Virus record (IMG/VR): IMGVR_UViG_3300027833_000011
Origin: a virus
Taxonomy: Duplodnaviria > Caudoviricetes
DNA: 64,000 bases
Strand: one strand, 5' to 3'
Made by a program: the position numbers and the translations under genes. Positions 47,911-56,858 of this stretch are shown here, one piece after another; position 1 is the first letter of the stretch, and the number at the start of each line of letters is the position of its first letter. Below the pieces are notes generated by a model. That model was not told where the DNA came from and did not search any database. It saw nothing but the letters and a program-made list of their open reading frames with translations.

Positions 47911-48165
47911 TTACTCACTATCTTTAGTAACGTATTCATACACTACCCCGATATTCTCCACTTGATGTTCGGCAAATGACTTACCTGATTTAGTATAAAG
48001 TATTTTGGTATCACCAATAACCTCAACCTCATCAACAACTTCAATATCTTTAGTACCGATAGGTATGACGTATTGACTTTGTAACTCATCTAACGTTGTT
48101 GTAACATAGTCATTTAATAAACTATTGTCAAACGTATCGTCGCTATTATCGTAATAATCAGACAT
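47911..48165 (-). CDS. acidic hypothetical protein
   Basis: 84-aa ORF. Confidence 0.6.
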   Translation of the reverse strand: MSDYYDNSDDTFDNSLLNDYVTTTLDELQSQYVIPIGTKDIEVVDEVEVIGDTKILYTKSGKSFAEHQVENIGVVYEYVTKDSE

Positions 48166-48397
48166 TGGTATCGTCTTTTAAATTGAAGTTATCTTCCAAT
48201 TCTTTAATTAATTTTTTAATCTCATCGGTGTTAAGGGTGATATGAGTAAAGAAATCTCCTTGCGCTCTCATTGTTAATTGAAGTTTCATCCCCTCTTTAC
48301 CACCACTGAATCTTGTCAATGACATTTCAGTATTTTCCATTTCATTAGTCTTTTGACTATGAAACTGTCCTTTAAGTGTTTTTAATTCTGTTGACAT
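48158..48397 (-). CDS. hypothetical protein
   Basis: Start reassigned to the ATG at 48397, downstream of the TATCTTTG box at 48424-48431. Confidence 0.65.
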   Translation of the reverse strand: MSTELKTLKGQFHSQKTNEMENTEMSLTRFSGGKEGMKLQLTMRAQGDFFTHITLNTDEIKKLIKELEDNFNLKDDTNV

Positions 48398-48441
48398 AAC
48401 ATTAACTGTTTTTTTGTTCACTACAAAGATAAGACATTTAT

Positions 48442-49095
48442 TTAGATTAGAGATAAGAAATTAAAAGTATTTTCGATAGTACTATAAAGTTGTCCTCTAT
48501 GTTTTAATACTCCACAAATATTATGTAAATCACTGTCTTGAGGATAAAGAGTGATATTGTCAGACGATGACACCCATTCCGCATGTTTAAGGTCAAATTT
48601 ATTGTCTCCGCTATAGATGATAGATATTATCGTGTTAAAATCATTTTTAAATAAAAAGGGTTTTAAGTCTAAATAGTAGTCACTCATTATTCCATTTTTT
48701 TCTAAAATTGGAAATCTAAAGTCATTGAATAGGTCTCTTTTTTTATGTTGTAATAATGTTTGAGGACAGAAGGACAAAGATTTATTTGGGTTACAAAATA
48801 TCGAGTATAATATGGCAGCATAACCACCCATACTAGACCCTAAAAATCCTGAATTTTTATATCCACTAATTATAGTTGTAATGTGCTCTGAAAGTAATTT
48901 AACCGACTCATATCCTTTAACTCCGTTTACATACCAAGAAAGAAGGTCGTCATAAACGTATAAAACATCACAATTATATTTTGTAATTGTTTTACTGAAT
49001 TCTTTAGGGGTTTCACCTAAAACCCTATTAACTCCACTTGAAAAGGTTACTATAATATTTTCATAACCCCTTTTGTCATGATATACAGTATCCAT
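48442..49095 (-). CDS. alpha/beta-hydrolase-fold protein
   Basis: FLGSSMGGYAA nucleophile elbow; PQT; D..D; H. Confidence 0.8.
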   Translation of the reverse strand: MDTVYHDKRGYENIIVTFSSGVNRVLGETPKEFSKTITKYNCDVLYVYDDLLSWYVNGVKGYESVKLLSEHITTIISGYKNSGFLGSSMGGYAAILYSIFCNPNKSLSFCPQTLLQHKKRDLFNDFRFPILEKNGIMSDYYLDLKPFLFKNDFNTIISIIYSGDNKFDLKHAEWVSSSDNITLYPQDSDLHNICGVLKHRGQLYSTIENTFNFLSLI

Positions 49096-49319
49096 TATAG
49101 AGTCTTTTTATACTCTAATATTGTCTTACACTTCTCATACTCCTCTAAGTCTTCAAAATGCTCTAAAAGGGTATCACAGGTGTCTGAGTTTATACCCTCA
49201 GTAGGGTCAAACAACATAAAACTTTCAGTACTCACCATTACATCTTCAACAGTCATGTTTTCAGCTAATATATCATAAGTATTTAACATTGCAATATGTA
49301 ATTCGTGTAGTTCTTTCAT
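49095..49319 (-). CDS. small protein with a UVR-like ExYExC motif
   Basis: FEDLEEYEKCKTI. Confidence 0.65.
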   Translation of the reverse strand: MKELHELHIAMLNTYDILAENMTVEDVMVSTESFMLFDPTEGINSDTCDTLLEHFEDLEEYEKCKTILEYKKTL

Positions 49320-49386
49320 AATGTAAAATTAGTAAAAATAATGAGTATTAACAACTATTGACCGAGGTTTTTTATATGATAAAATT

Positions 49387-49950
49387 TTAATGGATTATTT
49401 TACCCGCACATTCAGTTATTGAATATCTAACACCCTTAGTTACCTTAGTTACTTCGTGTTCTAACCTACCATCGTAAATGATTACCGAACCCTTATCTTT
49501 TGGTGCAATATTACCATCAATAATTAATTCACCACCTTCATAATCCTCAGGACTTGAAAGTTGAATTGTCATAATCCATTGTCTATCAAACCCATTACCA
49601 ACCTCAAGGTCAGTATGTAGAGAATGAAAAGACCCTTCAGTGTACTGAGTAAAATAATGTGGACCCTCAATACCAAAATCTTCTTTGAAGAATAAAGAGA
49701 AAAGACTTTCAATCTTATTTGAAAGATATTTGATTTTGTTTTTAGGTATACCAAAAATAGTAACCTTTCTGAATTTATGAGATAACGAGGTTTTACCATT
49801 GGCTAATGTATCCCATTCATTATGGTATATCTCATAAATTAATGGCGTTTGTTTCCACCTTTTTAATAGAAAATAAATCTCTTTTTCGGTGAAAGAATTT
49901 TTAATGTGGTAAAACCCATTATTTTTAACAATATCAGAAGTATCTATCAT
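49387..49950 (-). CDS. PKHD-type 2OG-Fe(II) oxygenase
   Basis: LHTD, TIQLSSPEDYEGGEL, LEHEV..V.KGVRYS. Confidence 0.9.
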   Translation of the reverse strand: MIDTSDIVKNNGFYHIKNSFTEKEIYFLLKRWKQTPLIYEIYHNEWDTLANGKTSLSHKFRKVTIFGIPKNKIKYLSNKIESLFSLFFKEDFGIEGPHYFTQYTEGSFHSLHTDLEVGNGFDRQWIMTIQLSSPEDYEGGELIIDGNIAPKDKGSVIIYDGRLEHEVTKVTKGVRYSITECAGKIIH

Positions 49951-50013
49951 ACAGATAAATATATCTAGTTTTCTTGTTTAATTCGAACCGACTGAAATAT
50001 GGAGAGATAATAG

Positions 50014-50087
50014 TTACCCGACTAGGACTCGAACCTTCGACCTACTGATTATGAGTCAAGTGCTCTAACCAACTGAGATAAAAGTCC
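50014..50087 (-). pseudogene. chimeric pseudo-tRNA(CAT)
   Basis: The 5' 62 nt nearly match the tRNA at 50606-50679, but the 3' acceptor strand TCGGGTA does not pair with the 5' GGACTTT. Confidence 0.75.
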
Positions 50088-50096
50088 GTAAAAAAA

Positions 50097-50501
50097 AAAG
50101 TGAGTTCTTTGACGTTTTATTTATTATCCGTTAACTACGGATTTTTTATTACTATCTAATTGTCTATAAATATCAGCGACGTGTTCACTCATAATATTTA
50201 CAGTTTTATCAACTCTACTGTCAATATGACGGTAGACTTCATTCATGTTATTTTCACTAACACTATGTAGACTCTCCACATAATCCATTAGCTCTTTTTT
50301 AATCTTTTCAGATTCGTTATACTGATTTTCGTTTTCTCGATTCAGTCGGTTTATTTCCTCTTTTAAGGTCTTTGTTGACATATAATTCACAAACGTACCC
50401 ACAACCATTACTAATACAATGACCGTACATACACCTAAAATAAATGATGTTATTTCCATAATTTCTGTTTTATTTAATTGTTATGTCAAAGAACTCACTT
50501 T
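50097..50501. repeat. perfect 17-bp inverted repeat flanking the ORF at 50124-50459
   Basis: AAAGTGAGTTCTTTGAC (50097-50113) and GTCAAAGAACTCACTTT (50485-50501). Confidence 0.85.
50124..50459 (-). CDS. membrane-anchored coiled-coil protein
   Basis: TM helix; VYRHIDSRVDK. Confidence 0.75.
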   Translation of the reverse strand: MEITSFILGVCTVIVLVMVVGTFVNYMSTKTLKEEINRLNRENENQYNESEKIKKELMDYVESLHSVSENNMNEVYRHIDSRVDKTVNIMSEHVADIYRQLDSNKKSVVNG

Positions 50502-50502
50502 G

Positions 50503-50583
50503 TTGGGAAGGAGGGACTCGAACCCCCAAGCCTTTCGGAACGGATTTACAGTCCGTCGAGCCAACCAATTGCTCAACTTCCCA
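50503..50583 (-). tRNA. tRNA-Tyr(GTA)
   Basis: ACGGA-CT GTA AA-TCCGT; variable arm; TGGGAAG/CTTCCCA acceptor stem. Confidence 0.92.
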
Positions 50584-50605
50584 TTGTTGTGGAAGAACTC
50601 ACTTG

Positions 50606-50679
50606 TGGACCTTGAAGGACTCGAACCTTCGACCTACGCATTATGAGTGCGGTGCTCTAACCAACTGAGCTAAAAGTCC
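50606..50679 (-). tRNA. tRNA(CAT), Ile2 or elongator Met
   Basis: CGCA-CT CAT AA-TGCG; GGACTTT/AAGGTCC acceptor stem; paired first base, so not an initiator. Confidence 0.88.
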
Positions 50680-50788
50680 GTCAATATAGAGAGGTTTTGG
50701 GTGTTTCAGGGTTACAGGATTGCCGACCGTACTACTAACCCTTTTTCAATGATGTCGTGCCTAACTGCGTACTCACCTCTCTAACTTA

Positions 50789-50983
50789 TTATAGATAATA
50801 ATATAATCCAACAACTATTAAAGCGACTATGAAAGAGACACAACCATAACCCATAACCTTATAGTTAGATTCCATTTGTTTAGGGCTTCTACCCTGATTA
50901 CTTCGATATTGTCTAAATTTATCTTTTTCCATATCCCACTCTTTAGTTCTTCCTTTGAAAATATTTGGTTTGTTTTTACTCAT
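50789..50983 (-). CDS. small basic protein with a C-terminal TM helix
   Basis: RQYRSNQGRSPKQ...hydrophobic tail. Confidence 0.7.
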   Translation of the reverse strand: MSKNKPNIFKGRTKEWDMEKDKFRQYRSNQGRSPKQMESNYKVMGYGCVSFIVALIVVGLYYYL

Positions 50984-51004
50984 TTGTGTTTTATTAATAA
51001 TTTG

Positions 51005-51078
51005 TGAACCCGATAGGATTCGAACCTATGACCGTCTCCTTAGAAGGGAGATGCTCTATCCAGCTGAGCTACGAGTCC
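51005..51078 (-). tRNA. tRNA-Arg(TCT)
   Basis: TCTCC-CT TCT AA-GGAGA. Confidence 0.95.
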
Positions 51079-51111
51079 ATTTGTTGGGGGAGTGGTAGTC
51101 TCCCCCTTTAG

Positions 51112-51197
51112 TACCACGGGACGGGCTCGAACCGTCACGGACATTACTGTCCATTGGATTTTAAGTCCAACGTGTCTACCAATTCCACCACCATGGC
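51112..51197 (-). tRNA. tRNA-Leu(TAA)
   Basis: TTGGA-CT TAA AA-TCCAA; variable arm. Confidence 0.93.
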
Positions 51198-51327
51198 ATT
51201 TGATACTAATCTTCCATTAAGCAAATAACGTTTGTAATCTAATACGGTGTAAAGATAAATCAAAATTATCTTAAAACCAAATCTTGAGGTAATTTGGTAA
51301 ATATTTTATATATAATCATAAAACTCA

Positions 51328-51585
51328 CTACTCGTCAAGTGACCTTTGTATTTTTTCTTTAAGGTTATTAACCTTAGAACATAATTCGTATTCTTCTAAA
51401 ATTGTAAGGTCGTTTAATAATGAATCACAAATGTACAAATATAAAATCAAATCATTACCAAACTCAGGAATACTTTTTTTAGATTTAGCAAAATCTATAT
51501 CTTCATCTTGTATTTTAATTATTTCGTCATATAGACCCATAACCTCAATAAAACTAATATTATCCATTACCATATGTTTTTTCAC
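51328..51585 (-). CDS. small protein with a UVR-like ExYExC motif
   Basis: LTILEEYELCSKVNNLK. Confidence 0.65.
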   Translation of the reverse strand: MKKHMVMDNISFIEVMGLYDEIIKIQDEDIDFAKSKKSIPEFGNDLILYLYICDSLLNDLTILEEYELCSKVNNLKEKIQRSLDE

Positions 51586-52849
51586 TATAATAAGTATCTA
51601 CTCCTCTACCAACAACAGTTGTTTTACAATTTAAAGTACTTATAAACCTTTCAAACTTAACCATTCGTTCTTTTTCAGAATAAAACAAATTAAAATAATC
51701 TGTTGAGAAAATATTAGAAATATTAATTAGATTATTGTTACCATTTAAACGATGTAGACAATTAAGTGGGTCATTAATAATATCAGTTTTAATTATTTCG
51801 ATGTTTAACGTCCTAAATTTTTCGAGTAACTTTTTAAAATTACCAACTCCTCCGTAAAACGAATACACTTCCTCTGATAGACGTATTAAGTCGTTCGAAG
51901 GAATCCCATCGATACTTAGTTTTTCGATTGTCTTACCTATTAACCTAACACCTTCGGGTTTATTTATCACTAAGTCTGTTATGGTTAACTCTTCAGAGTT
52001 AATAACATAATTAATCCATTCAATACTACTAGAACTAAAGTCAAAAAAGACAATTTTACTCTTATCGTGTATTAAATTACTGTGTAATAAATCTAAAAAT
52101 TTAAAACCAGCACACGGTAAGGCAACAACATCATAAGTTAAGTTAGTTTTCTCTTTCATAAAACTAATTTCTTCCGTGTTAAATAACCATGTCTTATCGG
52201 GTGAGTTTAATAATGGATATAATAATAATCTTTTTGTGTAATCAATTTCATCACTATATTGTTTATTATCAATTAAATTAAAGAATTTATCCGAGTTATA
52301 TTCAGGATAACAATATGCCTTTGACCCACGTATGTCATCATTAAAAGGGATAATATTATAATCGTTTAGTAAAAAACTATTTATAAAAGACCATCCCCTG
52401 TCTAAAGTATTATATTCACTATATTGGATTGGTTTCTCTAATCTCACCCAGTGTGGTGTATAATCATCATGTATGTTACTTTCTGACCTAACAATGTTAA
52501 CTATAGACTCTGAACTGTCCTCTTTATTTCCATATGTTGGACGACCAATATTTACCCATTTCTTATAGTCAAAAACTATAAACTGAGGGTGTAGTTCATA
52601 CCATTGGTCTTTACGGTCTAATATATGACCCATTAATCCTAATGATGGGTCATCAATAAACGGTTGTAAAACTGTATCTAAAAATTGATTGGTGTGGTAT
52701 ATACGATTACCCGATGAAATGATAAACACATAGTCAGTATCGGTGAGTTGACTCAACCCGTCATCAATAGTTTTACATTCTATAACATCTAAAACGTACT
52801 GTTTTTGTTGTGATAAACGTTTTAGATAAAACTGAGTAAATTCCCTCAT
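51560..52849 (-). CDS. large hypothetical protein (start uncertain, 52849 or 52927)
   Basis: About 430-aa ORF; GHILDR...ELHPQF, HDDYTP and DUF115-like GFKFLD segments. Confidence 0.7.
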   Translation of the reverse strand: MREFTQFYLKRLSQQKQYVLDVIECKTIDDGLSQLTDTDYVFIISSGNRIYHTNQFLDTVLQPFIDDPSLGLMGHILDRKDQWYELHPQFIVFDYKKWVNIGRPTYGNKEDSSESIVNIVRSESNIHDDYTPHWVRLEKPIQYSEYNTLDRGWSFINSFLLNDYNIIPFNDDIRGSKAYCYPEYNSDKFFNLIDNKQYSDEIDYTKRLLLYPLLNSPDKTWLFNTEEISFMKEKTNLTYDVVALPCAGFKFLDLLHSNLIHDKSKIVFFDFSSSSIEWINYVINSEELTITDLVINKPEGVRLIGKTIEKLSIDGIPSNDLIRLSEEVYSFYGGVGNFKKLLEKFRTLNIEIIKTDIINDPLNCLHRLNGNNNLINISNIFSTDYFNLFYSEKERMVKFERFISTLNCKTTVVGRGVDTYYSEKTYGNG

Positions 52850-52904
52850 TCTACGTTCTAAAAATATGTTAGGGATATGTGTCGATATATGTAAAATTGT
52901 AATT

Positions 52905-53114
52905 TTAAATCCCAAGACTATTATCAAAATTTAAAGTTCTTATTAAAGATTGTGAGCAAGAATGTGCGTTAATTAACCATGTTTTCTGAGGGGTAGGTAA
53001 ATCCTGTAAATCTCCTTCTAATACGATTCCGTTTTTAGATATGGTATAAACCCCTTCAGATAATTCAATATCAAACCCTTCGATATTAATTTTTATTTCT
53101 CTTTGACTTTGCAA
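52905..53114 (-). CDS. hypothetical protein
   Basis: 69-aa ORF. Confidence 0.55.
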   Translation of the reverse strand: MQSQREIKINIEGFDIELSEGVYTISKNGIVLEGDLQDLPTPQKTWLINAHSCSQSLIRTLNFDNSLGI

Positions 53115-53322
53115 GTTTTCTCTCTTTTCTTAATTTCTTATCAGATAGTCCTCTGTGTTCAACATTGACAGTTTCAGAAGAATCCTTTGACATCTTAACC
53201 TTTTTAGTTTTTCTGTATTCAGATTTTGGACAAAAAAACCAAGAACCACTATTAACTAACATATTTGCGGTTGAGTCATCGACTCTTTTAACCGTACCTT
53301 CATTGTTTTTAACTGTTTTCAT
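53086..53322 (-). CDS. small basic protein
   Basis: VKRVDD..A...V.SG.W.FCPKSEY; K/R-rich tail. Confidence 0.7.
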   Translation of the reverse strand: MKTVKNNEGTVKRVDDSTANMLVNSGSWFFCPKSEYRKTKKVKMSKDSSETVNVEHRGLSDKKLRKERKLAKSKRNKN

Positions 53323-53451
53323 AAATCATGAGTTTTAAAAAAACCCTCTCAGTTGAAAGGGTTTTATTTTATTGTGCTCCACCATCAATTTTTTTATAAG
53401 GTTTGAAACCTTTGGGTCGACTAGTTTTAAAACAGGTCTATTTTAATTATA

Positions 53452-54294
53452 CTACAAATCAAATCGATTTTCAAGGGTAAGTTTAACATTATCTAAATGA
53501 ATGTCATATTCTTCTTCAGTGAAAAGCCAATCAGGAAATCCAACGGAACCACTGTTGGGTGAGACTACCTGAACTAAATCGTTATTATATTTTAAGTATA
53601 TTGCCTTTTCATCGATATCTTTTAAATTGGTCATTCTATCAACCATAGTGTTCATAATAGTATTAATGTTGTTTCTATGTTGAAAACCTAAAAGATGTAG
53701 GAATTCGTGTTTAATTAATAAATCATTATACTCTCTAACCCAAAAGCTACCCTCACCTATAGAACATAGGTCAGGATTTACGATATCACTATTAGTATCA
53801 GAAAGCCATTCTTCATTTTTAAACGTCGCCTCACCCAACCTATCAGGATTAGGTACTATATTAAGTAACGATTGATAAACATCTGGACCAAACACAATTG
53901 TTATGTCAGCATCGTCAATGTTATTCACCACATTGAATTTGATGTTTTCATCTTCAATGATACCATCTAAGACCGAAAAGAAGTTTATTAATTCGTTTTT
54001 AGCATTAACATTATTAAACGATTCGTGAAAAAAAACGTCAATTTTTTCTGTACCTTTAAAACCCCCGTGTTTCCATCTAGCCGGTTTTAAATGATAGGTA
54101 TCCCCTTCATAATTAAACTTACCTGTAGAGATTTGTGAATAATGTGTGAGATATGGTTCAATATTTGACTCAGCCTCTATCGAGTCGATTTCACCAAATC
54201 GTAAATATGGTTCTTCCTCACAAGATAATAAAAAAAATATTATCGATAAATATATTATCGAAAGTTTAAGAAAAGTTTTACTATAATCCTTCAT
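53452..54294 (-). CDS. lipoprotein metzincin/matrixin-like peptidase
   Basis: LLSC-EEE; HEFLHLLGFQH; IMN Met-turn. Confidence 0.8.
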   Translation of the reverse strand: MKDYSKTFLKLSIIYLSIIFFLLSCEEEPYLRFGEIDSIEAESNIEPYLTHYSQISTGKFNYEGDTYHLKPARWKHGGFKGTEKIDVFFHESFNNVNAKNELINFFSVLDGIIEDENIKFNVVNNIDDADITIVFGPDVYQSLLNIVPNPDRLGEATFKNEEWLSDTNSDIVNPDLCSIGEGSFWVREYNDLLIKHEFLHLLGFQHRNNINTIMNTMVDRMTNLKDIDEKAIYLKYNNDLVQVVSPNSGSVGFPDWLFTEEEYDIHLDNVKLTLENRFDL

Positions 54295-54361
54295 AGTTAT
54301 TTATATTTTAAAATTAGAAGACAAAGATAGTAAATTTAATATTTATATAAAAGAAAAATCC

Positions 54362-54589
54362 ATGAATAAAAAAAAATACCCATACACCTCTTTTATTTGT
54401 GGAGGGTTTTTGGGTCTTATTTTTTTAGGTAAAGTAAATTCTGTGGTTATGGTTCTCTTAGTGGAGCATAGTACTCTAACAATGAAAATGCTTTATGGTA
54501 TTAATAGTATTTTTAAAATATTAATAGTTTCACAAATAATAGGATATGTTTATGGAATGATTTTAATTTCCATAAAAAAGAAAGGTTAA
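54362..54589 (+). CDS. small membrane protein
   Basis: Two hydrophobic segments; TATTTATA at 54340. Confidence 0.5.
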   Translation: MNKKKYPYTSFICGGFLGLIFLGKVNSVVMVLLVEHSTLTMKMLYGINSIFKILIVSQIIGYVYGMILISIKKKG

Positions 54590-55269
54590 CCACCTAACAT
54601 ATTTAATCTCATTTCAATAGATTTAATGGAGTTAATTCGACTATTCATTTCCGTAAACACTTCCTTATCTAGTTTAGCGCTAACAACATTAATATTATTA
54701 CGTAAGTTAGTAACTTCTGTTGTTAGATTTTCTATTTTTTGTGACAGTCCCATTAAAGAATCTGAAGACGGATTTGTTGGGTTTATACCATCGAATCTAC
54801 TTTTTAACTCAGAAACAACAATATTATTTCTTTCATCAAAACTCACTAAATTAGTCGCTAATGATAATACGTCTTTCTCTCTTAAAGTCTTTTCCTCATT
54901 AATTCTAGTTGATAATGAGTGGTCTACTGATGTCAGTTCAGTTGATTTATTTAAAATTTCTGCGGAACATTTTATCTGAATAGAATTATACCCATCCACA
55001 ATTAAACGTTTGACAGGTTCTGTGGTTAATTCTTCAGGCGTTCTTTCTCCAATTGTTGATACTCTAACATTAATACTTTCAACAACATCGTCAAAACTCC
55101 TAAGTTTTTCGGTTAATGAAAAATTATTACCATTAACTTTAGTGTTAATGGTTCTTTTATTGTCGATTATTTCTTGTTCCAATTTCTGAATAACCTCCAC
55201 TAATTTTTTAATGATATTATTTGGGTTTGGTTGTCCTTCTTGGTTTCCTTTATTAAATGTCACTGCCAT
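54586..55269 (-). CDS. coiled-coil protein
   Basis: Heptad-rich 227-aa ORF. Confidence 0.7.
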   Translation of the reverse strand: MAVTFNKGNQEGQPNPNNIIKKLVEVIQKLEQEIIDNKRTINTKVNGNNFSLTEKLRSFDDVVESINVRVSTIGERTPEELTTEPVKRLIVDGYNSIQIKCSAEILNKSTELTSVDHSLSTRINEEKTLREKDVLSLATNLVSFDERNNIVVSELKSRFDGINPTNPSSDSLMGLSQKIENLTTEVTNLRNNINVVSAKLDKEVFTEMNSRINSIKSIEMRLNMLGG

Positions 55270-55337
55270 AATGAGATGTTTTTATAATAATATAAAAAAT
55301 ATTGCATAAAAAAAAGAGGAAACCCTCTTTAATCTAT

Positions 55338-55423
<86 letters not shown>

Positions 55424-55425
55424 TA

Positions 55426-55545
55426 CTAAGATATTCGATACCCGACATACCAAAGGTCTACTCGTATAAACCAATTACCCTTATTTTTACCAAACCCAAT
55501 TCGTAACATTCTATTTTCTGAAGTTAATGGAATTTTAGTAACCAT
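55426..55545 (-). CDS. 39-aa hypothetical miniprotein
   Basis: [39 protein letters not shown], translated by hand. Confidence 0.55.
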   Translation of the reverse strand: MVTKIPLTSENRMLRIGFGKNKGNWFIRVDLWYVGYRIS

Positions 55546-55546
55546 A

Positions 55547-55696
55547 TTAAATTGCTCTGTTTCGTCTGCGATTGTCCCAAGCCACTTTTTTCGTGCTCCC
55601 TAACATTCTTAGTCTTAATACTTTACTGTTGAATGTTTCTCGGACACTATTTAATTGTGTGTTACCGTTCGATTGTTGATTTGATTCCATTGTCAT
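55547..55696 (-). CDS. 49-aa basic miniprotein
   Basis: MTMESNQQSNGNTQLN...WDNRRRNRAI; stops 1 nt before the next ATG. Confidence 0.6.
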   Translation of the reverse strand: MTMESNQQSNGNTQLNSVRETFNSKVLRLRMLGSTKKVAWDNRRRNRAI

Positions 55697-55712
55697 TGTT
55701 ACTTTTTTATTG

Positions 55713-55785
55713 AGCCTCTTGCCAGACTTGAACTGACGACCTGCTGATTACAAATCAGCTGCTCTACCAGCTGAGCTAAAGAGGC
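55713..55785 (-). tRNA. tRNA-Thr(TGT)
   Basis: GCTGA-TT TGT AA-TCAGC; GCCTCTT/AAGAGGC acceptor stem. Confidence 0.95.
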
Positions 55786-55831
55786 GTGAACATATATATA
55801 CAAATATAATAATAAAAGACCATACTTTCTT

Positions 55832-56611
55832 CTATTTTTTACCAAAAATGCTCTTAAAAAATTCTTTGATTGTTTTTCTCTTTCTTTTGTAAGGAATGAC
55901 TAACTCAGAAGTGGTGTCATCGATTGTTGTCCAAATTTCCATATGTGAACCCCATTGCTCGTAATAGTATGTGGAATGTCCGTTATCGGCCCAATCCCAT
56001 CCCCACGAATTTCTTATAATAAAACCGTGTTTATCATAACCAACAATACAAACGGCATGTCCACCTTTAATTCTATTATTACCAAACGAAGGTGCCCAAA
56101 ATTCAGGTTCGTTAGAATAAACAGGGAATGTTGCATAACACGGACCGTTTTTATATAACGACTTCTTCAACCCATCTATTGTGTTAACTTTCGCATATCC
56201 AATAATCGTGTGGTTTAAAGCTTCTTTAAACACTTCAGAAGGTATGTCATCAATGTTTTTCCATTTTTTTCTGAATGACTTATCATACGGTAACCCATAT
56301 TTTTGTAGTATTTGCATCGTATTTCGTGCGTACATTCCTCTTTGTGGTTTATTAGACCTAAGATTATAAATGAAATGTTTAGAAAGGGTTTTTTTTAGTC
56401 CATAGTCTTTAAGTTCTTGCCATTGTTTCATCGCTGCCGCAGCATACGCGGAACACGGACCATCAACACCTTGATTCCATGCTCCTGGAAGTTCCTTTCG
56501 GTAGTCAATTTTTTTAGGTAGTTGTAAATCAGGATTGAGTAATCCTTCAACTTGTAGGTCTCTTTCATCGAAAGGACTTATTTCTTCGTTCAATAAATCA
56601 AAATTTACCAT
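55832..56611 (-). CDS. papain-family (C1) cysteine peptidase
   Basis: NQG..GPCSAYA, GGHAVCIVGYD, IRNSWG. Confidence 0.93.
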   Translation of the reverse strand: MVNFDLLNEEISPFDERDLQVEGLLNPDLQLPKKIDYRKELPGAWNQGVDGPCSAYAAAAMKQWQELKDYGLKKTLSKHFIYNLRSNKPQRGMYARNTMQILQKYGLPYDKSFRKKWKNIDDIPSEVFKEALNHTIIGYAKVNTIDGLKKSLYKNGPCYATFPVYSNEPEFWAPSFGNNRIKGGHAVCIVGYDKHGFIIRNSWGWDWADNGHSTYYYEQWGSHMEIWTTIDDTTSELVIPYKRKRKTIKEFFKSIFGKK

Positions 56612-56732
56612 ATGCGCACTTTATATATAATATAAATAGTATATTTTATTTGATTTTTTAAATATTATTAGTTAAAAGTGCTGGGATGCTAGAACTAGTA
56701 AGTGTAAAAAAATATTAGTAAAGTGTTATCGT

Positions 56733-56770
56733 AAAAAAAACCTCAAGTCTGTACAACTGTAGACCTGAGG
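56733..56770 (-). terminator. orphan minus-strand terminator in a divergent intergenic region
   Basis: CCTCAGGTCT...AGACTTGAGG (G.U wobble on the minus strand only) plus T8. Confidence 0.7.
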
Positions 56771-56858
56771 CTTTAAATGATTTTAATACATATAGATTCT
56801 ACTCTACTGTATTGATAAATATCACTTTAAGGATATATTTATATTAATAATATAGATT

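Noticed and set aside
55426-55696. Programmed frameshift at the A6G run near 55580 joining two small ORFs
   Set aside because: Both ORFs are complete in their own frames (55547-55696 and 55426-55545), and the slippery heptamer is not aligned for -1 shifting.
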